Made by a program: the position numbers and the translations under genes
Origin: an uncultured Verrucomicrobiae bacterium
GTDB taxonomy: Bacteria > Verrucomicrobiota > Verrucomicrobiia > Limisphaerales > JAFGQR01
Direction of reading: 5' to 3'
Assembly: GCA_963788655.1 (NCBI GenBank)
Contig: CAWBHS010000037.1
Span: 1 to 42,902, forward strand
DNA: 42,902 bases
The notes under the pieces: generated by a model
The model's database searches: none
What the model was told of the DNA's origin: nothing
The model's input: the letters and a program-made list of their open reading frames with translations, nothing else
Shown here: in pieces, positions 30,665 through 41,039 of the stretch
Position numbering within the stretch: the first letter of the stretch is position 1
Layout of the letters: the number at the start of each line of letters is the position of its first letter

Positions 30665-31312
30665 ATGAAAAGCAGACTCCTACTCATTTTGGTCCTGGCT
30701 GGCCTCGGCACCACCAGCAGCTACAGCCAGGCCACCATCAACTTCGGCGCGGGCTATGGCCTTCCCGACGTCAGGCTCGACATTAATACCCCACTGCCCA
30801 ATGGCAACCCGGTTAAAATCGGCTATTTTGACGCCGGGTTCGACGTGATGGCCAATGGCAGTAATATTCCCGCGTTGCTAGGTTCCTGGAATGAACTGGG
30901 CGGTACTTACATCAGGGAAATCTTCGGCGAACCCGGTCGTTTCGCCGACACGCTGTACAACACCAATCCCGATTTTGATGACCAGAAGATATGGATGTGG
31001 ATCTGCAAAACTTCGAGTGATGCCGCACCGGCACCGGACTACCGCGATGTCTTGGGTTACGGCCTTTACACGAGCACCCAGCCCAACTGGGTGTTTCCGG
31101 CTCAGGATTCCGTGCCGATGTTCAACACCGCGTCGATCGATTCTTCGGAAATCGATCTGGCGGCCTTCGGGTATTATGACCCCAATCATCTGTTCCTGAC
31201 GGCCGTCCCCGAACCGTCCGCGTGGATGCTCGGGTCGGCGGGGCTAACCGCAATGTTGCTCTTTGCCGTCATCAGATCGCGGGAACGGGCCAGGGTGGTG
31301 GGAAGCAAGTAA
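30665..31312 (+). CDS. PEP-CTERM sorting-domain protein
   Basis: Signal peptide; C-terminal AVPEPSAWML + TM helix + Arg-rich tail. Confidence 0.9.
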   Translation: MKSRLLLILVLAGLGTTSSYSQATINFGAGYGLPDVRLDINTPLPNGNPVKIGYFDAGFDVMANGSNIPALLGSWNELGGTYIREIFGEPGRFADTLYNTNPDFDDQKIWMWICKTSSDAAPAPDYRDVLGYGLYTSTQPNWVFPAQDSVPMFNTASIDSSEIDLAAFGYYDPNHLFLTAVPEPSAWMLGSAGLTAMLLFAVIRSRERARVVGSK

Positions 31313-31365
31313 GCGAATCAACTCCAACGGCCAAGCCGCAACAATTCAATACTGTGTGGGCGGAA

Positions 31366-32082
31366 CTACGGTTCCGCCCTCTTTTGCTGGACACCCTGGC
31401 GGTGCTGAGAAAGATCGTATTTTGTGCCCTGCTCCCCAGGCTGCACCAGTTCGGCAACGCAAGTCCAAATCGCCGCAGCCACCGATTTAAGGTCGCCGGA
31501 TGCCGGCACGATCTTGACGCGCTCCGGTTCTCCGCCCGCGATGACGTGGAAGCCATGATGTACTCGTTCGAAGAACGCCCGGTCGGCTTCCTCCATGCGG
31601 TCGCGCACGGAAGCTTGCGTCCCTTGACGAGCGCCGCGCCGCGCTTCACTAATGTCCAACGGGATGTCCAACAATAGGGTTAAATCAGGCCGAGTGTCGC
31701 CCACCGCGAAGTCAATGATCGCTTTGACCTGAGCCAGATCAAGTTGCCGGCCATAGCCCTGGTAGGCAGTGGTCGAGTCGTAAAATCGATCGCATAAAAC
31801 GATTTCGCCGGCTTGTAGTGCCGGGCGGATTACTTCCCGCACCAACTGGGCACGGCTGGCATTCATGAGCAACAGCTCGGCTTCCGCCGTCATCGCGTGG
31901 TTTTGCTCGCTGTGTTTCAGTGTGTGACGGATTTCCTCACCGATGGGCGTACCGCCAGGTTCGCGAATTGTGCGCACTGCCCGCGGGATCTCGCGGAGGC
32001 GCTTCGCCAGCAGCGTCAGTTGAGTGGATTTGCCGCAACCTTCCGTGCCCTCGAGCGTGATCAGCAGTCCCGGCATCAGCAT
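31366..32082 (-). CDS. tmk: Thymidylate kinase
   Basis: ITLEGTEGCGKSTQ P-loop, REPGGT, LCDRFYDSTTAYQGYGR, PDLTLLLD. Confidence 0.96.
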   Translation of the reverse strand: MLMPGLLITLEGTEGCGKSTQLTLLAKRLREIPRAVRTIREPGGTPIGEEIRHTLKHSEQNHAMTAEAELLLMNASRAQLVREVIRPALQAGEIVLCDRFYDSTTAYQGYGRQLDLAQVKAIIDFAVGDTRPDLTLLLDIPLDISEARRGARQGTQASVRDRMEEADRAFFERVHHGFHVIAGGEPERVKIVPASGDLKSVAAAIWTCVAELVQPGEQGTKYDLSQHRQGVQQKRAEP

Positions 32083-32148
32083 GGAAGGTTGATATCCGCA
32101 GCTACAGGGATCTCGGCAGTTCGAATGGCGATCTTCATGGTCAGGCTG

Positions 32149-33438
32149 CTAGTCCTTGGGAAAGGGAAAAGCATTGATAGGAGTGGCCGGCGGATCGGGC
32201 ATGGCCGGTGGAGGAGGCGGCGATACCGGCGGTGGCAATGGCCGATGCGCGACGCTAGCCGGCGGAATCCGTTGGCCGGTGGGCAATGCGGTTCGACGGA
32301 TCACAGGCTGGGGTGGCGTGTAGAAGGCGGCCTTCATCCCGAGCGGGACGGACGCAGGTTCAGAAAACTGGCTCACCGGCGGCATGATCCGCGTCACGTA
32401 TTCGACCAGCGACTCGATTTGTGCGTCATCCAGAATTCCTCCCTGCGCCTTCCCAAACGCCGGCATGAGTGAATTGGTTTTGCCGTAGGTAATCCACTGC
32501 CGCCAACCTTCGGCGATACCAGGATTCCGCTGCTTGAGATCCGTCACCATGGTCGCGCGATGCGGCGCCTCATGACAGATCGCGCAGGCGACTTCAAAAA
32601 GTTCTTGTCCGCTCTTGCCCACAGCTTTGTCCGCATGACACTCGGCGCAGCTTTTGTCTTTGAACACCGTTTGCCGATCCACCAGTGACTTCTGGATGTT
32701 CTGGACCCGGTCCATGTCCAGCACGCTGCCGTTGGAGGTGGCCACGAAGCCCGTGCGGGCATCGGGAATGGAGACTTTGACGATCAGGTTTTTCACGCCG
32801 CTGGTGCTTTGCACCGTTACGCTCTTGGTTAGAATGCCACGCTTGCCACGCAGGTCCACGGTCACTCCGATGGGGCCGCTGCCGCCGGGCGGAATTTTCC
32901 ATGGTTGCGCCGGCAGCTTGGCCACGGTGCAACCGCACGAGGTGTGGACGTTGTTGACCGAGACTTCGACGTTGGCGGTATTGGTCAAATAAAACTCGAA
33001 ATGCGCACTGGTCTGTCCGGGTTCGGGGGTGAGTTGTTTTAACTCCGAATCAAAGACCAGCGCGTTGGGCGGGGTGGTGGGCGCCGGGGTGCCCACGAGC
33101 CGGGGCATAACCCGCACTGGCTTGGCTGGAACTGGTCGAGGCCCGACAAATTGCGGACCATAAACGGGTCGGACCACCGGGGTGGGAGCCGCCGGTCGCA
33201 CAATGGTTCGCGGCGACGACAGCAAGGGGCCTTTGGTCACGAACACCGGCGGGCGCACGGGCGCATTGGTCGTGCGGCTCAGGGTATTCGTCGCCCGCGA
33301 GGTGATCACGGGAATGGTTGGCGGTGCCAGAGCCGGAGACACCCCCGGCGGCGATGGCGGCTGGGCCAAGCCTTGCACCAATCCATTTGCGGCCACCGCC
33401 AACGACAGAATTCTCCAGGAAGCCTTAACAGTTTTCAT
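32149..33438 (-). CDS. Secreted Pro-rich protein with DUF1573 (Ig-like) domain and di-heme cytochrome c domain
   Basis: Signal peptide, VHTSCGCT (DUF1573), CAECH and CAICH heme motifs, LMPAFG. Confidence 0.8.
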   Translation of the reverse strand: MKTVKASWRILSLAVAANGLVQGLAQPPSPPGVSPALAPPTIPVITSRATNTLSRTTNAPVRPPVFVTKGPLLSSPRTIVRPAAPTPVVRPVYGPQFVGPRPVPAKPVRVMPRLVGTPAPTTPPNALVFDSELKQLTPEPGQTSAHFEFYLTNTANVEVSVNNVHTSCGCTVAKLPAQPWKIPPGGSGPIGVTVDLRGKRGILTKSVTVQSTSGVKNLIVKVSIPDARTGFVATSNGSVLDMDRVQNIQKSLVDRQTVFKDKSCAECHADKAVGKSGQELFEVACAICHEAPHRATMVTDLKQRNPGIAEGWRQWITYGKTNSLMPAFGKAQGGILDDAQIESLVEYVTRIMPPVSQFSEPASVPLGMKAAFYTPPQPVIRRTALPTGQRIPPASVAHRPLPPPVSPPPPPAMPDPPATPINAFPFPKD

Positions 33439-33628
33439 ACATCGGATGATTATCGTAGTGGCATGCCAGCGAAATGACGAGCAGAAATTGTCGCCTCTTT
33501 CAGCATGAAAACGGATCGGCAGTGTCAAAGCCTCTTTCCGACGCGAGTTGTTCAGCAACTCATTGCCCCCACCCCGGAGGCTTTTTCCTTTTGCTTGGCC
33601 GCCTACGGAGGCAATTTCAAATTCACCT

Positions 33629-34921
33629 ATGCAAATCAAAAACCGTCGCACCTTCCTCAAGCAGGCCGGCACGGCCCTGGCCGCCGGAACGTTTCTCAAT
33701 CTCAATCCCGCAGCCTTTGGCGCGAACGAGAAAATCGTGCTCGCTCTGATTGGCGGTAACAACAAAGGGCGCGACGACGCCCGCCACGCCATCCGGGACG
33801 GCGCGGTTATCAAGACGTTCTGTGACATTGACGACGCCGTGTTGCGCAGAGTCGGCGCGGACCTCGGCAAAGCCCAGGGCAAAGATCCCGGTTTTGCAAA
33901 GGACTTTCGCCGCGTCCTGGAAGACAAAGACATCGACGGCGTAATCATTGCCACGCCCGATCACTGGCACGCCCTTCCCACCATTCTGGCCTGTCAGGCA
34001 GGCAAGGACGTGTATATCGAGAAACCGCTCTCGCAGACCATTCAGGAAGGCCAACTCATGCGGGACGCGGCGCGCAAATACCAACGCGTGGTGCAGGTGG
34101 GCACGCAACGCCGCAGTGGTGCCCATTACCGGAGTGCCGTCGAATACGTGGCTTCCGGGAAGCTGGGCAAGGTATGTCTGGTCAAGGCCTGGATGTGTCA
34201 GGTGCGCGGCAGCATTGGCAATCCGCCGGACAGTCCGGTGCCGGCCGGGGTTGATTATGATATGTGGTTGGGCCCCGCGCCCAAGCGGCCCTTCAACAAA
34301 AACCGATTCCATTACACCTGGCGCTTCTTCTGGGACTACGGCAACACCGAACTCGGCAACCAGGGCGTTCACATGCTGGACGTGGGCCTGTGGGGTATCC
34401 AGGGTTTGCGCGGAGTTGAAGACTGCCTGCCCAAACACGTGTCCGGCAGTTCCGGCAGCTACTGGTTGGATGACGCCAAGGAAGTACCCGACACGCAAGT
34501 TCTGACCTACGATTACGGCGATATGGCGCTGGTGTGGGAATTGCACAGCTTCCAGAACTCACTGCCGCTGGAAGGAACAGCAGCGGGCACGGCCTTCTAC
34601 GGCACGGAGGGCGTGCTACTCGTGGACGGACGCGGATGGACCGTCCACGCCAAGAAAGGCGCGCCCAATCCCAGCGAAAAACCTTCGGGAGGATCGCACA
34701 CCAAGAATTGGCTGGACTGCATGAAAAGCCGGCAGCGTCCCAATGCGGACATCGAACTGGGGCGTCTCAGCACAACGATTTGCCACCTGGGCAATGTCTG
34801 CACGCGTCTCAAGCGCGATGTGCATTTCGATCCGAAAAAGGAAGATTTCGGGAATGATCGTGAAGCAAACGCGCTGCTCACGAAAGAGTATCGCGTCCCG
34901 TACACGTTGCCGAAGGTATAA
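33629..34921 (+). CDS. Tat-exported Gfo/Idh/MocA oxidoreductase
   Basis: NRRTFLK Tat motif, IATPDHWH, DVYIEKP, VQVGTQRRS, GVHMLD. Confidence 0.92.
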   Translation: MQIKNRRTFLKQAGTALAAGTFLNLNPAAFGANEKIVLALIGGNNKGRDDARHAIRDGAVIKTFCDIDDAVLRRVGADLGKAQGKDPGFAKDFRRVLEDKDIDGVIIATPDHWHALPTILACQAGKDVYIEKPLSQTIQEGQLMRDAARKYQRVVQVGTQRRSGAHYRSAVEYVASGKLGKVCLVKAWMCQVRGSIGNPPDSPVPAGVDYDMWLGPAPKRPFNKNRFHYTWRFFWDYGNTELGNQGVHMLDVGLWGIQGLRGVEDCLPKHVSGSSGSYWLDDAKEVPDTQVLTYDYGDMALVWELHSFQNSLPLEGTAAGTAFYGTEGVLLVDGRGWTVHAKKGAPNPSEKPSGGSHTKNWLDCMKSRQRPNADIELGRLSTTICHLGNVCTRLKRDVHFDPKKEDFGNDREANALLTKEYRVPYTLPKV

Positions 34922-35076
34922 TCCAAGTCTGCGCTAACCTCGCCGCACCTACACCGACATTTACACAGCAGACGCACCAACGGTTCCGCGCAAGTCGTGC
35001 CGATCAAGAAGCAGGCAACCCTTCGTTACCCGCTTCTCTACTTGCTGAATACCTACGATAACTCTATTTCTTTTTC

Positions 35077-36510
35077 ATGATCAGAACGAAACGCTATCCC
35101 CATGCGCCGGTATGGGCGGATGTGCTTGGCGGATTGGCCGCACGGGCCGGGCTGTTGTTGCTGTTGGCGGTGACCGCAACCGGCCAGGCTCAAGCCGCTT
35201 CCACCCCACCCAATTTCGTCATCATCTTCCTCGATGACTCCGGCTGGGGTGACTTCCAACCCTTCGGCCACCCGGCGTATCGCACGCCCAACGTCGAGCG
35301 CCTCGCCAGCGAGGGCTGCCGTTTTGAAAACTTTTACGTGCCGCAAGCAATTTGTTCCGCTTCGCGCGCGGCGCTGCTCACCGGATGTTTTCCAGGCCGA
35401 ACGAAGATCTTCGGGGCGCACGCACCGCGAGCCCGCGGACTGGATCCGAAATTCGCCACGCTTGCTGAAGTGCTCAAACCCCGCGGATACGCCACGGCCA
35501 TTTACGGCAAATGGCATCTGGGCGATCAACCGGAAACCCGTCCGGCCGGCCGAGGCTTCGACGAGTCGTGCGGGCTGATGTATTCCAATGACATGTGGGA
35601 ATTCCATCCGGAGAATCCCAAGTTTTGGAGCCAATGGCCGTTGCAGTTTTGGGAAAACGGCAAAGTGACAATTCCACGCATTACCAAGGAACATCAACCC
35701 TTGCTCACCACCTGGTACACCGAGCACGCCGTGTCGTTTATTCGACGCCATCGCGAGCAACCGTTTTTCCTGTACGTGCCGCATTCGATGCCCCACGTTC
35801 CCATCTTTGCCAGCGAACGGTTTCGCGGCAAATCGGGCACCGGCCTTTACGGCGACGTGATCGAAGAACTCGATTGGTCGGTCGGCCAAATCCAACAAGC
35901 GCTGAAGGACAACGGCGTCGCGGAGCACACGCTCGTCGTGCTTACTTCCGACAATGGCCCGTGGATTTCGTACGGCAACCATGCCGGCACCACGCCATTT
36001 CGCGAGGCCAAAGGAACGTCGTTCGACGGCGGCGTCCGCAGCGCGTGCATCATGAAGTTCCCCGGTCAAATCAAGCCTGGGACGACTTCGCAACAGGCTT
36101 TTTGCACCATCGATATTCTGCCCACCCTGGCCCATTTGGCGGGAGCCGCGCTGCCGAGCAACCCCATCGACGGCACGAATGTGTGGGACCTCATTCGCGG
36201 CAAGCCGGGGGCGGTCAATCCGCACGCCTATTATCCGTTTTCCACGGGCGGCACGTTTGAAGGCGTGATCAGCGGTGATGGCCGCTGGAAGTTGCATCTG
36301 CCCCATCGTTACCGCACGCTGGTGACCGCCGGCCAGGACGGCCAGGCGGGCAAGTATAAGAACGTGGAAATTGGTTTATCCCTGTTCGACATGCAAAACG
36401 ATCCCTACGAAACCAGCAATGTGCTGGCGAAATATCCTGAGATTGCCGCCCAACTGCAATCCTACGCCGTCCAACATCGGGCGACGTTTTACCCGAAACA
36501 AAAAGACTGA
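35077..36510 (+). CDS. Arylsulfatase (Cys-type formylglycine sulfatase)
   Basis: NFVIIFLDDSGWGD, CSASRAALLTG, GKWHLG, TSDNG. Confidence 0.93.
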   Translation: MIRTKRYPHAPVWADVLGGLAARAGLLLLLAVTATGQAQAASTPPNFVIIFLDDSGWGDFQPFGHPAYRTPNVERLASEGCRFENFYVPQAICSASRAALLTGCFPGRTKIFGAHAPRARGLDPKFATLAEVLKPRGYATAIYGKWHLGDQPETRPAGRGFDESCGLMYSNDMWEFHPENPKFWSQWPLQFWENGKVTIPRITKEHQPLLTTWYTEHAVSFIRRHREQPFFLYVPHSMPHVPIFASERFRGKSGTGLYGDVIEELDWSVGQIQQALKDNGVAEHTLVVLTSDNGPWISYGNHAGTTPFREAKGTSFDGGVRSACIMKFPGQIKPGTTSQQAFCTIDILPTLAHLAGAALPSNPIDGTNVWDLIRGKPGAVNPHAYYPFSTGGTFEGVISGDGRWKLHLPHRYRTLVTAGQDGQAGKYKNVEIGLSLFDMQNDPYETSNVLAKYPEIAAQLQSYAVQHRATFYPKQKD

Positions 36511-36518
36511 CCAAGAAA

Positions 36519-37310
36519 ATGAAAACCATCCGTACTGCTGCCGCAATCCTCGGACTTCTTCTGTTTACCATAACCGTGGTCACCGCCCAGGACAACGCCC
36601 GTTCAAAAGACTGGATTCAACTATTCAACGGGAAAAATCTCGACGGCTGGAAAATCAAGATCACCGGTTATGATCTGGGCGACAATTTTGGCAACACGTT
36701 CCGCGTTGAGGACGGGGTCATGAAAGTGCGCTATGACAAATACGACCAATTCAACGGTCGGTATGGTCATATTTTCTATCAGCAACCGTTCTCGAATTAT
36801 CTCCTGCGCGTCGAATACCGGTTTGTCGGCCAGCAGACGCCGGGGGGAGCGGGCTGGGCGTTCCGCAACAGCGGGATCATGATCCATGGCCAGTCGCCCG
36901 AGAGCATGCGCAAGGACCAGGAGTTTCCCGTCTCCATTGAAGTCCAATTGCTCGGCGCCGGTGCCACCGGCAAACGGTCCACCGCCAATCTTTGCACCCC
37001 GGGCACGCACGTGGTCCTGGACGGCAAACTCCATACGCAGCATTGCACGGACTCGACATCCAAGACCTATCGCGGCGACCAATGGGTGACGGTCGAGGTC
37101 GAGGTCCACGGCAACAAAATCATCCGGCACATCATCGACGGCGAAACCGTGCTGATGTACACGCAACCACAGCTCGATGAAGGTGATGCCGATGCGCGGC
37201 GGTTGATCAAAGACGGCAACAAGCTGCTCTACGGCGGCACCATCTCCCTCCAAAGCGAAAGCCATCCGGTGGAATTCCGGAAGGTCGAACTGCTCCTGTT
37301 GGACAACTAG
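36519..37310 (+). CDS. DUF1080 / 3-keto-disaccharide hydrolase family protein
   Basis: WIQLFNGKNLDGW, NSGIM, IEVQL, GTISLQSESHPVEFRKV. Confidence 0.9.
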   Translation: MKTIRTAAAILGLLLFTITVVTAQDNARSKDWIQLFNGKNLDGWKIKITGYDLGDNFGNTFRVEDGVMKVRYDKYDQFNGRYGHIFYQQPFSNYLLRVEYRFVGQQTPGGAGWAFRNSGIMIHGQSPESMRKDQEFPVSIEVQLLGAGATGKRSTANLCTPGTHVVLDGKLHTQHCTDSTSKTYRGDQWVTVEVEVHGNKIIRHIIDGETVLMYTQPQLDEGDADARRLIKDGNKLLYGGTISLQSESHPVEFRKVELLLLDN

Positions 37311-37341
37311 CGTTTGATTACGGCCTGTGACTAGTCGCCCC

Positions 37342-37376
37342 AGCGTTTGGAGTGCGCCCGGCTTGCCGGCGCTTTC
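37342..37376. repeat. REP-like palindrome (TTGGAGTGCG family)
   Basis: agcgtttggagtgcgcccggcttgccggcgctttc is the near-exact reverse complement of 39478-39512. Confidence 0.7.
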
Positions 37377-37541
37377 GGCTGGATTGAGCCGGACCAAACG
37401 CTCGACCGTATCGTCCTCTTCGTTGCTCGCAACCTGGGTTTACCGAGAGCGAGCGCATGCCACGCTCCCTCCGAGTGCTGGGCGACATTGGACACTAAAA
37501 AAAAGCCAGTCGCGAATTCAGGACGCCGTCCACTGGGGTTG

Positions 37542-38462
37542 ATGAATCGAAACAAGAGCGCCATAGCCGCCGGTCTCGTCTTTGCCGTGTTCCTTTGGGG
37601 CGGCAATAACACCGGGGTGAAGTTCCTGGTGCGCTCGTGGCCGCCGGTCTTCGTGGGCGGCACGCGGTTTCTTTGCGCCGGCCTGCTGTTGTTGGCGGTG
37701 CTGACGTGGACGGATTGGTTGGGTCGCCCCATTCCTTTATCGCGCCGTCAAAAGCGGCGGCTGTGGTGGCAGGGGGGCTTGATCCTGGCGTTTTACATCA
37801 TCGCCTTCAACGTGGCGGTGCAGCTCACGGCCGTTTCCCACGTGGCACTGTATTTGGGAGCCGCGCCGGTCTGGGCGTTGTTATGGGAAGGCTGGGCCGG
37901 TCTCTCCCGACGTGAACTGCTGAAGCGCTACGCCGCCGCGGCCCTGGCGTTGAGCGGCGTGGTCGTGCTCTTCTGGCCCACGCTCAAAGGCGGCAGCGGC
38001 CGTTTGCCGGGCGAACTACTCGGCTTGGCCTGCAGTGTCCTGTGGACGAGTTACGGTCGCCAGTGCCGGGCGCTGAGCGATGAACTTTCCGGTGCCACCA
38101 TTACGGCCCACACCATGTGGCGCGCGGGCGTCCTGCTCCTGCCGATTGGGCTCCTGGAAACCGCTTCCCTCGGGCTGCCCGTGAACGGGCGGTTGGTGCT
38201 GGTGCAACTGTATTGCATCGTGGCGGGCGGTGTCGTGGCGTTCGGACTCTGGAACAGCGCGCTACGCCATTGGAAAACCAGCGAAGTTTATATGTTCAAC
38301 AACCTGATTCCCCCCAGCACCATGCTGTGGGCCTACTTCTGTCTGGACGAACCCATGACGCGCACGTTCTGGTTCGCGATGGCGTTGATTGTGGCGGGCG
38401 TGTTGATCGGCCAAACCAATTGGATAAAACTGGTCGGAAGATTTTGGGTGCCGGAAGAATGA
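37542..38462 (+). CDS. DMT/EamA family transporter
   Basis: About 10 hydrophobic helices; FLWGGN, GTRFLCAG, YFCLDEP. Confidence 0.85.
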   Translation: MNRNKSAIAAGLVFAVFLWGGNNTGVKFLVRSWPPVFVGGTRFLCAGLLLLAVLTWTDWLGRPIPLSRRQKRRLWWQGGLILAFYIIAFNVAVQLTAVSHVALYLGAAPVWALLWEGWAGLSRRELLKRYAAAALALSGVVVLFWPTLKGGSGRLPGELLGLACSVLWTSYGRQCRALSDELSGATITAHTMWRAGVLLLPIGLLETASLGLPVNGRLVLVQLYCIVAGGVVAFGLWNSALRHWKTSEVYMFNNLIPPSTMLWAYFCLDEPMTRTFWFAMALIVAGVLIGQTNWIKLVGRFWVPEE

Positions 38463-38478
38463 ACGTTTCAACCGAGAT

Positions 38479-39354
38479 ATGACCGCCGCACCGGCAACGC
38501 TGTTTGTATGTCTCCTGACGGCGGGCGTCAGTCTGCTGGCTTTTCGCCGGCCGGAAATAATCGAGCGCCTGCTGTTCCGGCCGGAGAGAATTCTGGCGTA
38601 CAAGGAATGGTATCGTTTGTTTTCGTCGGCCCTGGTGCATGCGGGTTGGATGCATCTCGGTTTCAATCTGCTGGCCCTTTATACTTTTGGCGAGGTCGTG
38701 GAGCTGATCTATGGAGCGCCGGTCCTGCTCGGGATTTACCTGGGTTCGGTTTTAGGAGGTTCGCTGCTTTCATTGTTTCTCCACCGTCATCATGATTATG
38801 CGGCCCTCGGGGCCTCGGGCGGAGTTTGCGGCGTGGTGTTCGCGTCGATATTCCTGGTGCCAGGCGTTTCGGTGGCAATGTTGCTTCTGCCCATCAGCCT
38901 GCCGGGACCGGTGTTCGCCGTGTTGTACTTGGCAGGCACCTTCGTGGCCTTGCGGCGGGAGATTGGCCATATCGGTCACGATGCTCATTTCGGCGGCGCT
39001 ATTGTGGGACTGGCGCTGGCTTTGGTGATTGCCCCGGCCAAGTGCTTGCACGCTCCCGTGCTGTTTGTGTCTGCCTTCGTGTTCGCCGGAATTTGTCTTT
39101 ACGTGTTGGCGTGCGATCCCACGGGACTCTCCGGTCGCATCTTTTCGTGGGGAAGGCCGGTTTATCGACGAAGCCCGAACCCTCCGCGATCTAATGACGG
39201 GAAGCGGGGCTCAAAGGAAGAAGACGAAGGAGAAGTTGACCGGCTGCTCGAAAAGATCGCCCGATCGGGGATGGACAGCCTGACCAAGAAAGAACGCGCC
39301 CGGCTGCAACGGGCCTCCGCGAAATTCAGACACGGTCCGAGTGATCAGGATTGA
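38479..39354 (+). CDS. Rhomboid family intramembrane serine protease
   Basis: WYRLFSSALVHAGWMHLGFN, GASG, DAHFGG; C-terminal EVDRLLEKIARSGMDSLT domain. Confidence 0.92.
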   Translation: MTAAPATLFVCLLTAGVSLLAFRRPEIIERLLFRPERILAYKEWYRLFSSALVHAGWMHLGFNLLALYTFGEVVELIYGAPVLLGIYLGSVLGGSLLSLFLHRHHDYAALGASGGVCGVVFASIFLVPGVSVAMLLLPISLPGPVFAVLYLAGTFVALRREIGHIGHDAHFGGAIVGLALALVIAPAKCLHAPVLFVSAFVFAGICLYVLACDPTGLSGRIFSWGRPVYRRSPNPPRSNDGKRGSKEEDEGEVDRLLEKIARSGMDSLTKKERARLQRASAKFRHGPSDQD

Positions 39355-39372
39355 ACGCCAGGGGAAGAATCT

Positions 39373-39518
39373 CGCGCGAGCGTTTGGAGGGCGCGGAGCT
39401 TGCTCCCGCTATCATTAGAACGGGGGCGCGCAAGATCAATGCGGCAGGTTTGAAAGAGTAACCGTCCATCTCCAGGTGAAAGCGCCGGCAAGCCGGACGC
39501 ACTCCAAACGCTGGCGCG
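39373..39518. repeat. REP doublet between convergent genes (TTGGAG family)
   Basis: agcgtttggagggcgcggagcttgctcccgct ... aagcgccggcaagccggacgcactccaaacgct inverted arms. Confidence 0.7.
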
Positions 39519-39631
39519 ACATTGCACAGTCCTGCGTCGCTTCCGGTCGTCACAACGGGTCGTTTCCGACGCAGTCGGCGACCAAGTTTCCGTAGCGGTG
39601 CCGTGGGAACAGGCTCCATTCAAGCCGGCAA

Positions 39632-40750
39632 CTATTTGGCGGACGTATCGTTGCCAGCCTTGGGTTCGGGGGGGGTGGCAGCCTTGGCTTCGGCTGTGCT
39701 CGGCGTGATGGTGATCTTGATGTTCTGTTTCATCATGGTGGACATCGTTCGAGCCGGTGGCGGCGTATTCGAATCCGTGTTCGTAAATCCCGGGGGCTGG
39801 AGCTGGGCCATTTGGATGTTCATCTTAATGTCCTGGTTGATGTCCGACCCAATGACCATCCCCAATTCTGGATCGAACCAGCTTTTGCCCGTAGTGACCC
39901 CTTCCTCGATGGACATCTTCATATTGGGATTCGCCGACTCGCGCGCGGGCTTGCTTTTCATGATCCCGGTAAAATCCAGCAGCGCGCAGTTGCGTTGGTC
40001 GTGCTCCTCGAATCCTTTGAACACGTATTGCATGTCGAGCTCCATGATGCCCAACGGCCCCATGGTGATCTCCGTATGGACCGGCCAGGCGTCACCCGCA
40101 CGGACCGGTTTGTCGGGCAAGCCCTGACCGAAATTGATCATTTGCTTGAAAGAGTCCTCACTCAGCATTTGCGCCATGGCTGAGCGGGCCTGGGCGGGCG
40201 CGTTGGCCAGGGCTTTGTTGCGAAATTCTTGCAAGCCTTCCAGCCGCACGACGTGGTTGCTAACGTCCAAAATATACTTAATGCGCGTGCCCACCAGACT
40301 GCGGAACATGGCCGCCATCGGATTCTGATTGCCATCCAACGATTCCCCATGCGAATCGAAGCTGAATTGCACGCGGTCCCCAGCGCTCACCGTTATTTGC
40401 ATGGATTCAAATTCCATCTCGATTTCGCGCCCGCCTTCGGGAGTGTTGGTCAGCACCGTCAGCCCAAAATCCTGGCTCATTTCGACTTCCTGCTTCATGG
40501 TTTTGGGCATGCTGGAAATGCTCGTTTCCATCTGCTGGTTCAAATCCATGCGCTGGGTGTAATGCGCTCCGACGGGCCATTTCAGTTTCAATTCGACCGG
40601 GCCGGTCGGTTGGGTGGTCTTTCCGGAGGCAGCCGCATTGGACGCGGCCGCATTGGCACCGCCGGGAGTTGACTCCTCGCTCTTGTTGCAACCGGCCAGG
40701 AAAAGACCCAGCGCCGCCAGGAGCGAAACCATCAGCAATTGTGTTTTCAT
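39632..40750 (-). CDS. Lipoprotein, DUF6263-like
   Basis: Lipobox FLAGC; LKLKWPVG, LPDKPVRAGDAW and GKSWFDPELG motifs. Confidence 0.7.
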   Translation of the reverse strand: MKTQLLMVSLLAALGLFLAGCNKSEESTPGGANAAASNAAASGKTTQPTGPVELKLKWPVGAHYTQRMDLNQQMETSISSMPKTMKQEVEMSQDFGLTVLTNTPEGGREIEMEFESMQITVSAGDRVQFSFDSHGESLDGNQNPMAAMFRSLVGTRIKYILDVSNHVVRLEGLQEFRNKALANAPAQARSAMAQMLSEDSFKQMINFGQGLPDKPVRAGDAWPVHTEITMGPLGIMELDMQYVFKGFEEHDQRNCALLDFTGIMKSKPARESANPNMKMSIEEGVTTGKSWFDPELGMVIGSDINQDIKMNIQMAQLQPPGFTNTDSNTPPPARTMSTMMKQNIKITITPSTAEAKAATPPEPKAGNDTSAK

Positions 40751-41039
40751 TGTTGTCATTGTATCCGCAAATTTCTACGAGCCAGCTTAATCGCCAGCAA
40801 AGCCCGCGCCAAACGAAAAAAGCATTGGCAGCGACAGCCAGCAACGTGCTGCCGGCGTCCCGCCGGCAGAAACGAATGCAGACGAACCGCGCGAATGAGC
40901 AGGCGGAAGAAAATGACCAACTCCCAATGACCAACTCCCAAAGAATACCCAAGACCCAAATCGTAGCCAGGTCAGGCTTGCCCAGCCCCGCGGTGGGCCT
41001 TGGGCCTTGGTCATTCTCTGGTCATTGGCTCATTGGACC

